64,000 nucleotides of DNA from Gammaproteobacteria bacterium (GCA_965243205.1 CBDEUK010000001.1:224001-288000), one strand, 5' to 3'; positions 47,811-59,518 are shown, counted from the first letter of the stretch. Numbers and translations are program-made. The notes: generated by a model from the letters alone, not told the origin.

Positions 47811-49219
47811 GACTCTTCACTTACCACTATATTGGTTTGAAGTTCTGATTTAATTAACGTATTTAAATCATTAAGCTGTTGTTTGCAGGTAGCAAAGTCA
47901 ACTTGTTCATTCATAGCTTGTTGTAAAAACGCCCAAAGATATGGATTCAGTTTAATTGCTAAATCTAATGTTTTATCGCTGCCACTTTGATAAGCTCCTA
48001 CACTAATAAGATCTTTATTTTGCTCATATTTAGATAATAATTTTTTAAAGTCATTCGCCATGTTCGCTTGCTCTTCGCTCACTACATGGTTCATCACTCG
48101 ACTGATCGATGCTTCAATATCTATCGCAGGATAGATACCTGATTCAGCAAGTTGTCTGGATAATACGATATGTCCATCTAAGATGGCTCTTGCGGCATCA
48201 GCAACAGGATCGTTTTGAATATCGCCTTCTGTCAATACAGTATAAAATGCAGTAATACTGCCACCGCCTTCGGCACCATTACCAGCTCGTTCTAATAATT
48301 GTGGTAAACGCGCGAATACAGAAGGTGGATAACCTCGAGTGGCAGGAGGCTCACCTATGGTTAATGCTATTTCACGTTGCGCTTGTGCATAACGTGTCAG
48401 AGAATCCATAAGTAATAAAACATTCTTTCCTTGATCACGAAAATATTCAGCAATGGTTGTGGCTTGTAAAGCACCATGTAAACGCATAAGTGGTGGATCA
48501 TCTGCTGGGGTAGCAATAATAACTGATCTTGCTCTGCCCTCTTCACCTAAATTATGTTCTATAAATTCCTTTACTTCACGACCACGTTCACCAATTAGTC
48601 CAACAACAATCACATCAGCATCAGTAAATCGTGTCATCATACCTAACAATACACTCTTACCCACGCCACTGGATGCAAACAAACCAATCCTTTGACCTTT
48701 ACCAACGGTTAAGAATGAATTAATTGAACGCACGCCAACATCCAATGGTTCTTTAATCGCAGCTCGTGCTAATGGATTTATCGCTTTGCCTTTTAATGGC
48801 ATAAAGGTTTTTGATTTAATTGGCCCTTTGTTATCTAAAGGTTCACCATTACCATTAATAATTCGTCCTAATAACTCATCGCCAACCATGACATTACCAC
48901 CACGACCTAGCGGGATTACTCTGGCGTTGGGTGATAAACCATGCGGTTCACCCGTTGGCATTAAATACAATCTATCACCTGCAAAGCCAACGACTTCTGC
49001 TTCAATTGAATTATGTTCATCATTAACAACTCGACATCGATCACCAATTGATGCCCGACAACCTTCCGCTTCTAGGGTTAAGCCGACCATGCGCGTTAAG
49101 CGTCCTTGAACTAATAATGGAGGTGGTGTTTGATGTTTTTCAATTAACGTGGATATTTGTTTTTGCCAACAATCATTAGCGGTAGCTACGACTTCAGGAA
49201 TCACTATCTCTATCTCCAC
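47807..49219 (-). CDS. fliI: Flagellar export ATPase FliI
   Basis: SGVGKS, LIGERGREV, LLLMDSLTRYA, GSITAFYTVL. Confidence 0.96.
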   Translation of the reverse strand: MEIEIVIPEVVATANDCWQKQISTLIEKHQTPPPLLVQGRLTRMVGLTLEAEGCRASIGDRCRVVNDEHNSIEAEVVGFAGDRLYLMPTGEPHGLSPNARVIPLGRGGNVMVGDELLGRIINGNGEPLDNKGPIKSKTFMPLKGKAINPLARAAIKEPLDVGVRSINSFLTVGKGQRIGLFASSGVGKSVLLGMMTRFTDADVIVVGLIGERGREVKEFIEHNLGEEGRARSVIIATPADDPPLMRLHGALQATTIAEYFRDQGKNVLLLMDSLTRYAQAQREIALTIGEPPATRGYPPSVFARLPQLLERAGNGAEGGGSITAFYTVLTEGDIQNDPVADAARAILDGHIVLSRQLAESGIYPAIDIEASISRVMNHVVSEEQANMANDFKKLLSKYEQNKDLISVGAYQSGSDKTLDLAIKLNPYLWAFLQQAMNEQVDFATCKQQLNDLNTLIKSELQTNIVVSEES

Positions 49220-49853
49220 CTAACATTTTTGCTGCTATCGCTGACAAACGACTTTCGACACTAGCATCTATAAGCGACGCATTGGTTTCGACACGGCAAT
49301 CACCACGCATTAATAATATATCTTCTTCAATTTTCCAATTCAGTTCTTCTTCATTGATTGAAAATGCCTTTCTTACTAGTTCTGCGTCTTCTGGATGCAA
49401 GCAGAACCGAACATTCTCACTGGATGCAGGAACCGCTTTAATGGCTTCTCTAACCACAGCTACAATTTCACCTGGGTCGACTTTTAATTCTCTACGAATA
49501 ATTTGTCTGGCAAACAATAAACTTAAATTTACTATCTCATGTTCCATTTGTTCATTTAAATGATGTAATGGCTGATTGATTAAATTCAAATAGGTATCTA
49601 ATAGATTGAGTTTTTTCTGAAACTCTTCTTGTAATGTTTGTTGTGCCTCATTACGGCCTTGTTCAAAACCTTTTTTATAACCTTCTTCTTTTGCTTCTTC
49701 GTAAGCTTGTTTTTGCAACTCTTCTATATCTTGTATGGTAGGTGGTTTTTTATATATAGAATTTGGTGACGCGATAGAACCTTCAACCACAGGCGCTTGC
49801 CAATTTTTAAATTGACTTGCGTATTCTTCACTGAGTATTTTTTTTTGTTGCAT
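49194..49853 (-). CDS. fliH: Flagellar assembly protein FliH
   Basis: GxxxG repeats; LHPED; RGDCRVET. Confidence 0.92.
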   Translation of the reverse strand: MQQKKILSEEYASQFKNWQAPVVEGSIASPNSIYKKPPTIQDIEELQKQAYEEAKEEGYKKGFEQGRNEAQQTLQEEFQKKLNLLDTYLNLINQPLHHLNEQMEHEIVNLSLLFARQIIRRELKVDPGEIVAVVREAIKAVPASSENVRFCLHPEDAELVRKAFSINEEELNWKIEEDILLMRGDCRVETNASLIDASVESRLSAIAAKMLGGDRDSDS

Positions 49854-49865
49854 TTGAAATCCGAA

Positions 49866-50876
49866 TTAGATCATCTCTTCACCGCTAGCACCGCCAAGAA
49901 CAATTTGTCCTTCATCGGCAAGACGTCTAGCAACAGATAGAATTTCTTTTTGTGCTCCTTCTACATCACTTAACTTAGCTGGACCAGCGGCCTCTAAATC
50001 ATCTTTTAACATTTCAGCTGCACGAGATGACATGTTCTTAAAGATTTTTTGTTTAAGTTCTTCATCTGTGGCTTTAAGCGCTAACAATAATTGATCAGTA
50101 GAAACTTCACGTAAGATCGTTTGAATTGCCATATCATCCACATCATTCAAGTTATCAAATACAAACATGAGATCTTGAATTTCTTGGCCTAGCTCTTCAT
50201 CAGCATCTTTAATTTTTTCCATGATGTCAGCTTCTAAACTGCTATCGACAAAGTTCAGAATATTGGCAGCGGCTTTAATTCCACCGATATTAGAAGATTG
50301 AACATTACCACCACCTTTTAATTGCTTTTCCAAAGTATAATTAAGCTCTTTCATAGCAGCCGGTTGCACACCTTCTAATGTTGCAATTCTTAATAAAACA
50401 TCCGCGCGTACTTTATCTTGAAATTCTGCAAGGATATTCGCAGCATGGTCACTGTCTAAATACGATAGAACAATAGAAATAATTTGTGGATGTTCATTTC
50501 GAATGAGTTCTGCGACTGCACGAGAATCCATCCATTTTAATGCTTCTAGACCTTTGGAATTTCCACCTAATAAAATTCGATCAATCATGCCCGCGGCTTT
50601 ATCTTCACCCAATGCATTAGTAAGAACATTTCTTACATAATCATCAGCTCCAACTCCTAATGCAGTTTGTTCTTGTACTACGCCCAGAAAATCTTCTAAA
50701 ACAGTTTGCACTGAAGATTTATTCAGATCTCCAATGTTAGCCATAGCAACGCCTATACGTTGCACTTCCTTTGGCCCCATATGCTTTAATACTTCAGAGG
50801 CAACTTCTTCGCCTATAGACATTAATAGAACAGCAGCTTTTTGTGATGGATCTAAATTTGGTGCTTGCTCAGTCAT
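49866..50876 (-). CDS. fliG: Rotor protein FliG
   Basis: EHPQ, MFVFDNL, NMSSRAA. Confidence 0.96.
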   Translation of the reverse strand: MTEQAPNLDPSQKAAVLLMSIGEEVASEVLKHMGPKEVQRIGVAMANIGDLNKSSVQTVLEDFLGVVQEQTALGVGADDYVRNVLTNALGEDKAAGMIDRILLGGNSKGLEALKWMDSRAVAELIRNEHPQIISIVLSYLDSDHAANILAEFQDKVRADVLLRIATLEGVQPAAMKELNYTLEKQLKGGGNVQSSNIGGIKAAANILNFVDSSLEADIMEKIKDADEELGQEIQDLMFVFDNLNDVDDMAIQTILREVSTDQLLLALKATDEELKQKIFKNMSSRAAEMLKDDLEAAGPAKLSDVEGAQKEILSVARRLADEGQIVLGGASGEEMI

Positions 50877-52561
50877 TATTCATCACCAACCCAATTTTTT
50901 ACCACTGTTGCGGCTACTTTTGGATTCTCAGTAATGACTTGTTTTACCGCATCGATACTACGATCGTAATCAGTTGGTGGCGCTAATGCCTTTTGTTCTT
51001 CTTGTTCCGCTAAAGCAGCTTCACTGTTACCGACACCGTTAACACCATCAATGCTGCCATCAGGACCATTTAAGGCAATCACATCACCTGCAGGTGTTGC
51101 AAGAGTTGACTGATGTAAAGTAATTTCTTTATCAACCATATTTTTTATAGATGGTTTTAATACTCCAAATACTAAAAATAATACAAATAAACCACCTAAT
51201 ACTTGTTTGGCAATATCCCAAACCCAAGGCTGCATATAAATTGGAATTTCAGGTAATGGTTCTGGTGCATCAGGAATTGCAAATTCTGCATTAATCACAT
51301 TAACGGTATCACCACGTACTGCATCATAGCCTATAGCTTCTTTAACTAAGCCAGTGAAACGTTCGATTTCTTCAGGACTATGTTCGATACGATTAATTGT
51401 TCCTTCTTCAGTAACTTGTTTTTTATGATCGATCACAACAGCAACAGATAAACGTTGTAATTTACCAACCGGTTTACGAGTATGGCTAATGGTTTTATCA
51501 ATTTCATAATTTCTAACGGTACGTCGTTGCATACTCGATTGACTATCGGCCGCGGTGGTTCCTGTTCCAGCTTCTGCTTCATTAGCAACTTCTGGTGCTT
51601 GGCCTTCGGCAGGCGGTTGATTTGATAAAGCACCTGGGACACCTAGTAATGCATTATCAGCTGATAACATTTCTTCTTCTAACTGTTCGCTACGTACTGC
51701 TGGTAAATCTGGATTATAAGATTCGCGTGTTTGCTCAGTACTTGTAAAATCAAAATCAGCTGTCACTTGTGCCTTAACACCATCTTGACCAAGGATCGGC
51801 GTTAAAATATCTTCAATACGCTTCATATAAGACTCTTCAACACGACTAGTGTATTGAAATTGTGATGCTGTTAATGCTAGCTCTCTAGCAGAGTCACCTT
51901 GAGTCATTAAACGACCATTTTGATCCACTATATTTACATTACTAATATCTAAATTAGGAACACTCGCGGCTACTAAGTTTGATATAGCAGAGATTTGTTC
52001 TGGTGACATGCGATGGCCATTATATAAATCAACAATAACAGAAGCGCTTACAGGTTTTTGATTTCGCGTAAAAACCGATTGCTTTGGCATTGCAAGATGT
52101 ACACGAGCTGCTCGAACAGATTTTATGGTTGAAATGGATCGGGCAAGTTCGGTCTCTAATGCATGATGATAACGTGCCTTTTCCATAAATTGGCTTGTGC
52201 CCAAGCCTTGTTCTTCACTAAGCATTCCATAACCAGCATTGGCACTTTTCGGTAAGCCTTCTCCAGCTAATTTAATGCGAGCTTCATGTACTTTTGCAGA
52301 AGGAACCATAATTGCGCCAGAAGCTTCATCAACACGATACGATATATTGGATTTTTGTAAAGAATCCAATACTTGTCCAATATCCTGACTGGATAAACTG
52401 CCATACAACAAACTGTAGTTAGGTGTTTGTGACCACATCATCACATAGACACCTAATGCCACACTGCCTGCAATAGCAATAAGAAAACCGATTTGTCTAA
52501 AGAATAACTTCCTTTTTACTTCTTCAGGTAAACCTTCAATTGTTGGTACATCAGTTGCCAT
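50876..52561 (-). CDS. fliF: MS-ring protein FliF
   Basis: ARVHLAMPK.SVF, ASVP.L, RNYEIDKTI, RLSVAVV. Confidence 0.96.
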   Translation of the reverse strand: MATDVPTIEGLPEEVKRKLFFRQIGFLIAIAGSVALGVYVMMWSQTPNYSLLYGSLSSQDIGQVLDSLQKSNISYRVDEASGAIMVPSAKVHEARIKLAGEGLPKSANAGYGMLSEEQGLGTSQFMEKARYHHALETELARSISTIKSVRAARVHLAMPKQSVFTRNQKPVSASVIVDLYNGHRMSPEQISAISNLVAASVPNLDISNVNIVDQNGRLMTQGDSARELALTASQFQYTSRVEESYMKRIEDILTPILGQDGVKAQVTADFDFTSTEQTRESYNPDLPAVRSEQLEEEMLSADNALLGVPGALSNQPPAEGQAPEVANEAEAGTGTTAADSQSSMQRRTVRNYEIDKTISHTRKPVGKLQRLSVAVVIDHKKQVTEEGTINRIEHSPEEIERFTGLVKEAIGYDAVRGDTVNVINAEFAIPDAPEPLPEIPIYMQPWVWDIAKQVLGGLFVLFLVFGVLKPSIKNMVDKEITLHQSTLATPAGDVIALNGPDGSIDGVNGVGNSEAALAEQEEQKALAPPTDYDRSIDAVKQVITENPKVAATVVKNWVGDE

Positions 52562-52580
52562 AATATTTTATTTTTTATAT

Positions 52581-52919
52581 TTAGATTTGCATGTTCATGA
52601 TTTCTTGATAAGCCGAAACAAGTCGATTTCTAACTTGTGTCATAGCTTGAAAAGAGACATTTGCCTTTTGTAAATTCACCATGACTTCAGCAATATCAAC
52701 ATCCTTATCGCCCATTTCAAAACGAGTCGCTAATTCACCAGCATTTTTTTGTATATTACTAACACTATCAATTGAATTTTTTAACAGATTTGAAAATTCA
52801 GTTTTATTATCTGTATTTATATTTTGACTAGTTGAAATAGTCGTATTTTGATTAGCTTGAGCTTGCTTAGCCATTGCTTGCATCTGAGCAAGTAGGTCAT
52901 TCGCTTTTACTTGAATCAT
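52581..52919 (-). CDS. fliE: Basal body protein FliE
   Basis: QVRNRLVSAYQEIMNMQI. Confidence 0.95.
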   Translation of the reverse strand: MIQVKANDLLAQMQAMAKQAQANQNTTISTSQNINTDNKTEFSNLLKNSIDSVSNIQKNAGELATRFEMGDKDVDIAEVMVNLQKANVSFQAMTQVRNRLVSAYQEIMNMQI

Positions 52920-52949
52920 AATTTTTCCTCCTACGTTTTGTTATTATTT

Positions 52950-54335
52950 TTAAGCTGGAATTTCTATACCTTGTTCTCGCATCCTGGCTAATTTATAACG
53001 CAATGTTCTAGGGCTTATCCCCAGTTTTTCAGCTGCGTATTTACGACTACCTGAAGTTTCTTTTAAAGCATCAATAATAATTTCTTGCTCTCTTGATTTC
53101 AGATCAGAAGAAAATCGTGCATCATCGATATTAATCACATCTTGTTTTTCTTCATGGATAGAATCTGATTTAACTTGAGCACCTAAGGATTCAAATTGGA
53201 TATCATGTTCAGTAATACTATGGGTGCTTTGTAGTACTAAAGCTCTTTGAACGACATTATCTAACTCTCGAACATTTCCTGGCCATGAATGTGAACGAAG
53301 TTTTTCACAAGCTTCTTGACTTAATTGAGGGCAAGCTGATTTATTTTTATCGGAAATTCTTTTTAATAGAAATTCAGAGATAGGAACAATGTCATCTTTT
53401 CTATCTTTAAGTGATGGCAAGTTGATTGGGAACACATTAAGTCTATAAAACAAATCTTCTCTAAAACGGCCTGCAACAACTTCATCTCTCATATGTCGAT
53501 TTGAAGTTGCCATAACTCTGACATCTAACTCGATCATTTTCTGATCACCAAGTCGCTCTACTTCACGTTCTTGTAATACCCTTAGTAATTTCGCTTGTAA
53601 GCCTAAACTCATTTCAGAAATTTCATCGAGTAATAAGGTGCCACCGTTTGCTTGTTCGAATTTTCCTGGTGATGATTTATAGGCACCTGTGAAAGCACCT
53701 TTTTGATAACCAAATAACATGGCTTCTAACATATTATCTGGGATGGCTGCACAATTGATTGCGATAAATGGTTTATCTTTACGTTTTGATTGTTGATGAA
53801 TATATTGCACGAGTACCTCTTTACCCGCACCACTTTCACCAGTCACCATAACTGTGACATCTTTATCTGCGACTTTTTTTGCAATCTCCATTACTTCCTT
53901 ACTTTTCTTATCAACAGCTATATAACCATTATTTTCATCGATAGAACTATTATCAAATTGAGCAATACGTGTAATCAGAACTTCTGGCTCGAAAGGTTTT
54001 ACAAGATAATCAGTAGCGCCATCATGTAATGCGTCAACCGCTTGTTGAATTGTTCCATAGGCGGTCATCAAAATTACTGGCAATTCTGGTTTATAGGTTT
54101 TTATTTTTTTAAGCAGTGAGATGCCATCCATACCATCCATCTGAATATCACTGACCACAAGATCGATATCTTCTTTGTTTATAACAGAAAGCGCTTTCTC
54201 ACCATTTTCTGCTGAATACACTTCATAACCTGTTAACATAATGGTATCTATCAATGCTTCTCTTAACGATAGATCATCTTCTACAATTAATATATTTAGT
54301 GACATTGCTTTTTTTATCTCCAAATTAATCCACAT
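52950..54335 (-). CDS. fleR: Sigma54-dependent response regulator FleR/FlrC (likely start ATG 54305)
   Basis: REC, GESGAGKE, GAFTGA, LGISPRTLRYKL. Confidence 0.9.
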   Translation of the reverse strand: MWINLEIKKAMSLNILIVEDDLSLREALIDTIMLTGYEVYSAENGEKALSVINKEDIDLVVSDIQMDGMDGISLLKKIKTYKPELPVILMTAYGTIQQAVDALHDGATDYLVKPFEPEVLITRIAQFDNSSIDENNGYIAVDKKSKEVMEIAKKVADKDVTVMVTGESGAGKEVLVQYIHQQSKRKDKPFIAINCAAIPDNMLEAMLFGYQKGAFTGAYKSSPGKFEQANGGTLLLDEISEMSLGLQAKLLRVLQEREVERLGDQKMIELDVRVMATSNRHMRDEVVAGRFREDLFYRLNVFPINLPSLKDRKDDIVPISEFLLKRISDKNKSACPQLSQEACEKLRSHSWPGNVRELDNVVQRALVLQSTHSITEHDIQFESLGAQVKSDSIHEEKQDVINIDDARFSSDLKSREQEIIIDALKETSGSRKYAAEKLGISPRTLRYKLARMREQGIEIPA

Positions 54336-54372
54336 TTAATTTGTGGTTTATTATAATTTTATATTTTTATAA

Positions 54373-55548
54373 TTATTTTTTGTAAACAGGTAACTCTATA
54401 TAAAATATAGTTCCTTCATTTTCTTTACTCTCAAATGATAAGTTTCCGTTATGTGCACGTACTACTGCTTCGACTACGGCCAAACCCAAACCCGTTCCTT
54501 GCGAACGAGTTGAAAAAAATGGTTCGAATAATTTATCTTGAATATTTTTAGGGATACCTGAGCCATTATCTTTAATACTTAATATAATTTTTTCAGGTTT
54601 TTCAAATATACAGTCGATTTCAATCTTGACTGAATAATCGACAGACTGTACTGCATTCGTTACTAAATTATGAATACAACTTATTAAGGCTGATTGATTT
54701 ATATTGATATTAATATCAGAAAGTTTTTTATTAATCGTCAGTGAACATTCATATTCTTCAATTTTGCTTTGAAGTGACTCATCTAAATCATCTATAAAAT
54801 TGATTAAACTTTGTGGCTTTGCTTCAAAACGACCACCACGTGCAAACAACAACATATCTTCAACTAAAGTTTCTAAATTTTGTAATCTAGCTAAAAGTTT
54901 ATCTGAGAATTTTTTTCGTACAGTTTCTTCCAAGCCATTACGACTTATATTTGAGGCATAGAGAATTGCTGATGACAGCGGTGTACGAACTTGGTGAGCT
55001 AATGAAGCAGCCATCTCGCCCATGGCTGATAATCGTTTTAAATCACTATATTGTTCTTGTAGTAATCGATTTTCTGAAACGTCTTTTAGTAGGACGATCT
55101 GTCCTGGCTCGGCATCTAATGATTGAGTAGATAAATTAACATAACGTCCATCTTTTAAGCGCACATCATGTCCATCATCCCAACGGGGTTCAAATGCACG
55201 TTCAACAACATCACGCCAGAGTTCACCGATTAACGGTTCACCTAATAAATCTACAGCGACAGGATTAACTTGATTTATAACACCATTGGCATCAATAACA
55301 ATAATACCACCAGGTAATACATGTAAAATATTGGATAAACGATTGGCGAGTTTTTCTTTTTCGTTATGTTGATGTTTCTTTTCTTTACGAGCAGAAGTTA
55401 ATTCAGCATTTAATTTTGCAACTTCTTGTTCAAGCCCTTTATAAAACTCTGTTAGATAACTTGTTGCTTCACTAAAATTTTCAAATGCCTCTTCAAGACT
55501 GTCTGATTGAAAATTTTCGTGGCTATTAACTGGGCTTTGTTGCTCCAT
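54373..55548 (-). CDS. fleS: PAS sensor kinase FleS/FlrB
   Basis: PAS, LAHQVRTPL, GTGLGLAVV. Confidence 0.9.
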   Translation of the reverse strand: MEQQSPVNSHENFQSDSLEEAFENFSEATSYLTEFYKGLEQEVAKLNAELTSARKEKKHQHNEKEKLANRLSNILHVLPGGIIVIDANGVINQVNPVAVDLLGEPLIGELWRDVVERAFEPRWDDGHDVRLKDGRYVNLSTQSLDAEPGQIVLLKDVSENRLLQEQYSDLKRLSAMGEMAASLAHQVRTPLSSAILYASNISRNGLEETVRKKFSDKLLARLQNLETLVEDMLLFARGGRFEAKPQSLINFIDDLDESLQSKIEEYECSLTINKKLSDINININQSALISCIHNLVTNAVQSVDYSVKIEIDCIFEKPEKIILSIKDNGSGIPKNIQDKLFEPFFSTRSQGTGLGLAVVEAVVRAHNGNLSFESKENEGTIFYIELPVYKK

Positions 55549-55589
55549 CTTCCTACCAAATTATTATTAATAATGATTAATTCCATTTG

Positions 55590-55605
55590 AGCAAAGACTA
55601 TGCCA
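55590..55605 (-). promoter_or_regulatory. Sigma54 promoter of fleSR
   Basis: TGGCATAGTCTTTGCT; FleQ-like box GTCAAAATCCCGAC at 55691-55704. Confidence 0.8.
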
Positions 55606-55691
55606 CAGAAAATTAATTAATAATAACAGGTAGTTAGCTTATATGTGGTATTTAGAAAATTATTAATGCGATTATAAATAAGATTATTTTG

Positions 55692-57131
55692 TCAAAATCC
55701 CGACGCATCTTCTCGTCGTTGTAATCCTAACTTGCGCATTTTTTCAACTAAGGTTGTACGACCTAAAGATAACCTCTTAGCTGCATGAGCTACAACCCAA
55801 TTAGCTTCTTCAAGCGCTTGGCGAATCAGATCATATTCAATCGTATTAATATGTTCTTTCAGATCGATCGTCCCTTTAGGCAAACGTAACATCTTAATAT
55901 TCGTGTCGACAGGTGAGTCACCGTCATCGATAGGCCTACTCATAACATCTTCAGCTTGATATTTTTCAGGCATATCATGAACATCAACTACTGCATTCGG
56001 ATATAGTATGGATAAACGTTCGATTAAATTTGCTAATTCTCGTACATTACCCGGCCAATTATATTTCATTAATGATTCGATAGCTGCTTGAGTCAACTTA
56101 ACGCTATTCTCACTCTCATGTTGTAAACGTTCAATTAAATCATTAATCAACATAGGTAAATCTTCAGCGCGTTTTCTTAATGGTGGTGTATCAATCGGAA
56201 AAACATTTAAGCGATAATAGAGATCCTCACGAAATTTACCTTTTACGATGGCTTCTTCTAAGTTGACATGAGTAGCTGCAATGATTCTCACATCTGCTTC
56301 AATACTTTTGTTACTACCCACACGCTCAAACGTACGTTCTTGTAAAACCCTTAACAGTTTTACTTGCATAGGCAAACTCATATCACCAATTTCATCCAAG
56401 AATAAAGTGCCACCACAAGCCATTTCAAATCGACCTTGTCTTGCGGTAATCGCTCCAGTAAAAGCACCCTTTTCATGACCGAACAATTCGTCTTCTAATA
56501 GATCAGCTGGAATTGCACCACAATTAATTGGCACAAATGGTTTATTACGTCGTGATGAATGATAGTGAATATTTCGAGCTATCACTTCTTTACCCGATCC
56601 AGATTCACCGATAATTAATACGTTGGCATCTGTATGAGCAACCTTCTCAACCATCTTACGCACACGTTGAATACCCTCACTGGTACCGCCTAAGCTGCGA
56701 AATAATTCCATTGAACGAGGACTCCCATCTTTATGACGATTGACTCGATAAATTTCGACTTGTTGAAGTAATTTTGATAGTTGAGTGTTTTTTAGAGGAA
56801 GTTCTAAAGAACCGATACAGCCGTTCTCAATTTCTTGAATAAATACAGGTTTTACATCGGCTCGATGAATTTTAATAACGGGAACATGGGTATCGTGTTT
56901 TTTTATGGCACGGAATGCTTCAGTCAGCTGTTTCTCAGATTCGCATTCACCCAATAATACGACATCAATCTCTGATTCTTTATCTAAAGCTTCTTGTAAT
57001 GATTTGGCCTCGCTGTCATAAACCTTATCAAAATCCATAAAGTTCAAAACGTCAGCCATTTGTTTACGGGTTGCCTCATCCCGATCAATGATTAATACGC
57101 TATCCACAATTCCCCCTATGTCACCGTGCAC
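55692..57131 (-). CDS. fleQ: Flagellar master regulator FleQ/FlrA
   Basis: Degenerate REC, LFRS motif, [24 protein letters not shown]. Confidence 0.93.
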   Translation of the reverse strand: MHGDIGGIVDSVLIIDRDEATRKQMADVLNFMDFDKVYDSEAKSLQEALDKESEIDVVLLGECESEKQLTEAFRAIKKHDTHVPVIKIHRADVKPVFIQEIENGCIGSLELPLKNTQLSKLLQQVEIYRVNRHKDGSPRSMELFRSLGGTSEGIQRVRKMVEKVAHTDANVLIIGESGSGKEVIARNIHYHSSRRNKPFVPINCGAIPADLLEDELFGHEKGAFTGAITARQGRFEMACGGTLFLDEIGDMSLPMQVKLLRVLQERTFERVGSNKSIEADVRIIAATHVNLEEAIVKGKFREDLYYRLNVFPIDTPPLRKRAEDLPMLINDLIERLQHESENSVKLTQAAIESLMKYNWPGNVRELANLIERLSILYPNAVVDVHDMPEKYQAEDVMSRPIDDGDSPVDTNIKMLRLPKGTIDLKEHINTIEYDLIRQALEEANWVVAHAAKRLSLGRTTLVEKMRKLGLQRREDASGF

Positions 57132-57189
57132 TTAGCTAGTCATTAATTTTTTAATACGTAAGTATTAGTTAAGCACAGAATTTAAATAT

Positions 57190-57203
57190 GTCAAAAATCT
57201 GGC
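57190..57203. promoter_or_regulatory. FleQ-like box overlapping a TTGACA upstream of fleQ (possible autoregulation)
   Basis: GTCAAAAATCTGGC. Confidence 0.4.
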
Positions 57204-57282
57204 ATAACTTTTTTTTAGAAAAATAATATTTTTATAAGATAATAAATAATTACATATTAATCAAGTATTTATTATTGATAGT

Positions 57283-57615
57283 TCATTTAGAGTATGTGGT
57301 TTTTAATTTTTCTCTATTACCTAAATTACGTAATTCTTCTGACACTGATTGCTTTCTGGTTGCAATTAAATCAACCATTTCAATGTAATACTGATGGATA
57401 AACTTGAGGACTGAGCGTTCTGATGCACCTAGCTCATTCATATTATCTTGTTGTATATGCTGGTTTAAATGATTAGAAATCACTTGCAGTTTTTTCTCTA
57501 TAAAACTCCATTCTGCTATATCCGTTTCATTGGTATTGGCAGCCCGAATGACAAGCCGCTGAGTGTCTTTAACTTCCTCTTTTAGATCATTCAGAGTAGA
57601 TGTTTTTGTAATCAT
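57283..57615 (-). CDS. Small helical protein, FliT-like by position
   Basis: Follows fliS; EW motif and C-terminal Y; weak similarity only. Confidence 0.5.
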   Translation of the reverse strand: MITKTSTLNDLKEEVKDTQRLVIRAANTNETDIAEWSFIEKKLQVISNHLNQHIQQDNMNELGASERSVLKFIHQYYIEMVDLIATRKQSVSEELRNLGNREKLKTTYSK

Positions 57616-57651
57616 ATCTTGAACCCTGTTTAGATTAAGATGGCAAAATAA

Positions 57652-58077
57652 CTAGCTTGCCTTGGCAGCCATCATTTCGTTGTCAGATGCTTGCTCTATT
57701 TGATCCCAAGCCATTTTTATTTGTAAAAGTAAATTACTGACTTCCGCTAAAATTTCTTCATCATTTTTTATATTTGCTTCTAATAACCGTTCGGTCATAT
57801 ATTCATAAAGCGATTCTAAATTGGCAGCAATGTCGCCACCTGCATTATGGTCTAAGCTGTCTCTTAGCCCACCAATGATTGAAATAGCAGAACCAATTAA
57901 TTCGCCTTTCTCAGCAACATCTTGTTTTTTAATAGATGCTTTAGCTTTAGAAACCCGACTCAGAGCACCTTCCATTAACATCTGTATCAAACGATGTGGT
58001 GAAGCCTCCTCAATTTCCGAATGAACACCCACTTTGGTGTATTCTTGTAAAGCCTGTATTGCTGTTGCATACGTCAT
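57652..58077 (-). CDS. fliS: Flagellin chaperone FliS
   Basis: ASPHRLIQMLMEGAL, IAANLESLYEYM, IKMAWDQI. Confidence 0.95.
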   Translation of the reverse strand: MTYATAIQALQEYTKVGVHSEIEEASPHRLIQMLMEGALSRVSKAKASIKKQDVAEKGELIGSAISIIGGLRDSLDHNAGGDIAANLESLYEYMTERLLEANIKNDEEILAEVSNLLLQIKMAWDQIEQASDNEMMAAKAS

Positions 58078-58102
58078 ATTTGATTCTCTATTTTTTTAAT
58101 AT

Positions 58103-59518
58103 TTAATTCGTGGAACTACTAATACCTGTTCCAGTTAATGTCTGACTTAGAAAATTACTGGTTGTATTTAATTGAGCTAATAAACCATCCAGTGCAGAAA
58201 ACTGAGCCAACAAACGTTCTTCCATGGTTTGTAAACGAAGATTTAAATCTTCAAGATCAGTATCAATACCTCTAATAGTTGTATTTAACGAATCCGTTTT
58301 ACTATCCAGTAATGAGCCCGAACTAACATAGTCATCTAATAAATTATCGAATCTAACTGCAAAACCATTATCAGATGTAAAAAAGTTTTGAACACCAACA
58401 GGATCGGAATCCAAAGCTTTTGTTAATACTTCACTATCAAATGTTAAGCTACCGTCATTGTTACTCGTAACTCCAAGGTTCACTAAATTTCGAACTGGCC
58501 CAATTAAACCGCTTACATCATCAGAGATAGAACGTTTAATTTGGGTTTCTATACCGCGTAACGTAAAGTCACCAAGCAATATAGCGCCAGTATTTGTCTC
58601 TGTATTAAAAGCCGTTAATTCATTTAATGTAGAATTTAATTTATTGTATTCGGTAACAAATTTTTCAACGTTTGAAATAATAGAAGGTGTGCCTTCACTT
58701 ACAGATAGCTCATGGGTATTTCCTGGATCAGCAGCAACCAAGTTAATCGTCACATTGGCGATCACATCGGTTAAAGAATTAGTTGAACGAGTTGCGGTAA
58801 GATTATCAACTTTTATTTGCGCATCTTGTGCTTGTGACTGTTGTGTCATATTAGTTACAGTGCTACCCGCAGGATCATAGACTAAGGCAGATAAGCCACT
58901 TGTATCGGTATTATTCGCATCATCATCTGTCACTGTAATCGAAATTTCATTCGCTTTACCAGGATCTTTAGATGAGATTATTAAGCGAGTTTCTGTTCCA
59001 CCACTGCCATTATCAACATTGATTGTAGTAGCGTTAACACCAGTATTAGCCAAAGATTCATTAATTGCATCTCGAAGCTTAGATACTGTATTGTTTTCTG
59101 AATCAACAGTGATATTAAAACTAGCACTTCCAACACTAATGTTAAGTGTGCCAGTACCAACAGCTGTACTCTCTGAAGCAAAACCAGTTGAAGATAATTT
59201 ATGCGCTTGGGCTAGTTGTAAAACCTCAATATCATAGGTTCCAATAGAGGCATCTGCAGTTGAGGTAACCGTAAAGAATTCGGTTTTTTCTGATTTTGCA
59301 GAACGAGCAGTAAAAGCACTAGTACTTTTTAAACTTTCAAGGGTTGATTGAAAATCTGACAATGCACTTTTCACACTGCCGTATGCGGATATTTGAGCTT
59401 GAGCGTCTACTCGTCGGTCAGTTAATATCACAGTCTTAGCGTTGCCTTCAGCCGCTACTAATTGACTGACTAAAGAACTGACATCAATACCTGAACCAAC
59501 ACCTGGTGCTGAAATCAT
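58103..59518 (-). CDS. fliD: Filament cap FliD
   Basis: GVGSGIDVSSLVSQLV.AE, V.QLAQA, QFSALDGLLAQLN. Confidence 0.94.
   Translation of the reverse strand: MISAPGVGSGIDVSSLVSQLVAAEGNAKTVILTDRRVDAQAQISAYGSVKSALSDFQSTLESLKSTSAFTARSAKSEKTEFFTVTSTADASIGTYDIEVLQLAQAHKLSSTGFASESTAVGTGTLNISVGSASFNITVDSENNTVSKLRDAINESLANTGVNATTINVDNGSGGTETRLIISSKDPGKANEISITVTDDDANNTDTSGLSALVYDPAGSTVTNMTQQSQAQDAQIKVDNLTATRSTNSLTDVIANVTINLVAADPGNTHELSVSEGTPSIISNVEKFVTEYNKLNSTLNELTAFNTETNTGAILLGDFTLRGIETQIKRSISDDVSGLIGPVRNLVNLGVTSNNDGSLTFDSEVLTKALDSDPVGVQNFFTSDNGFAVRFDNLLDDYVSSGSLLDSKTDSLNTTIRGIDTDLEDLNLRLQTMEERLLAQFSALDGLLAQLNTTSNFLSQTLTGTGISSSTN

Noticed and set aside
48655-48685. FliI Walker A reads ASSGVGKS instead of AGSGVGKS
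   Set aside because: The change is at a variable position; GKS and Walker B are intact, so there is no evidence of inactivation
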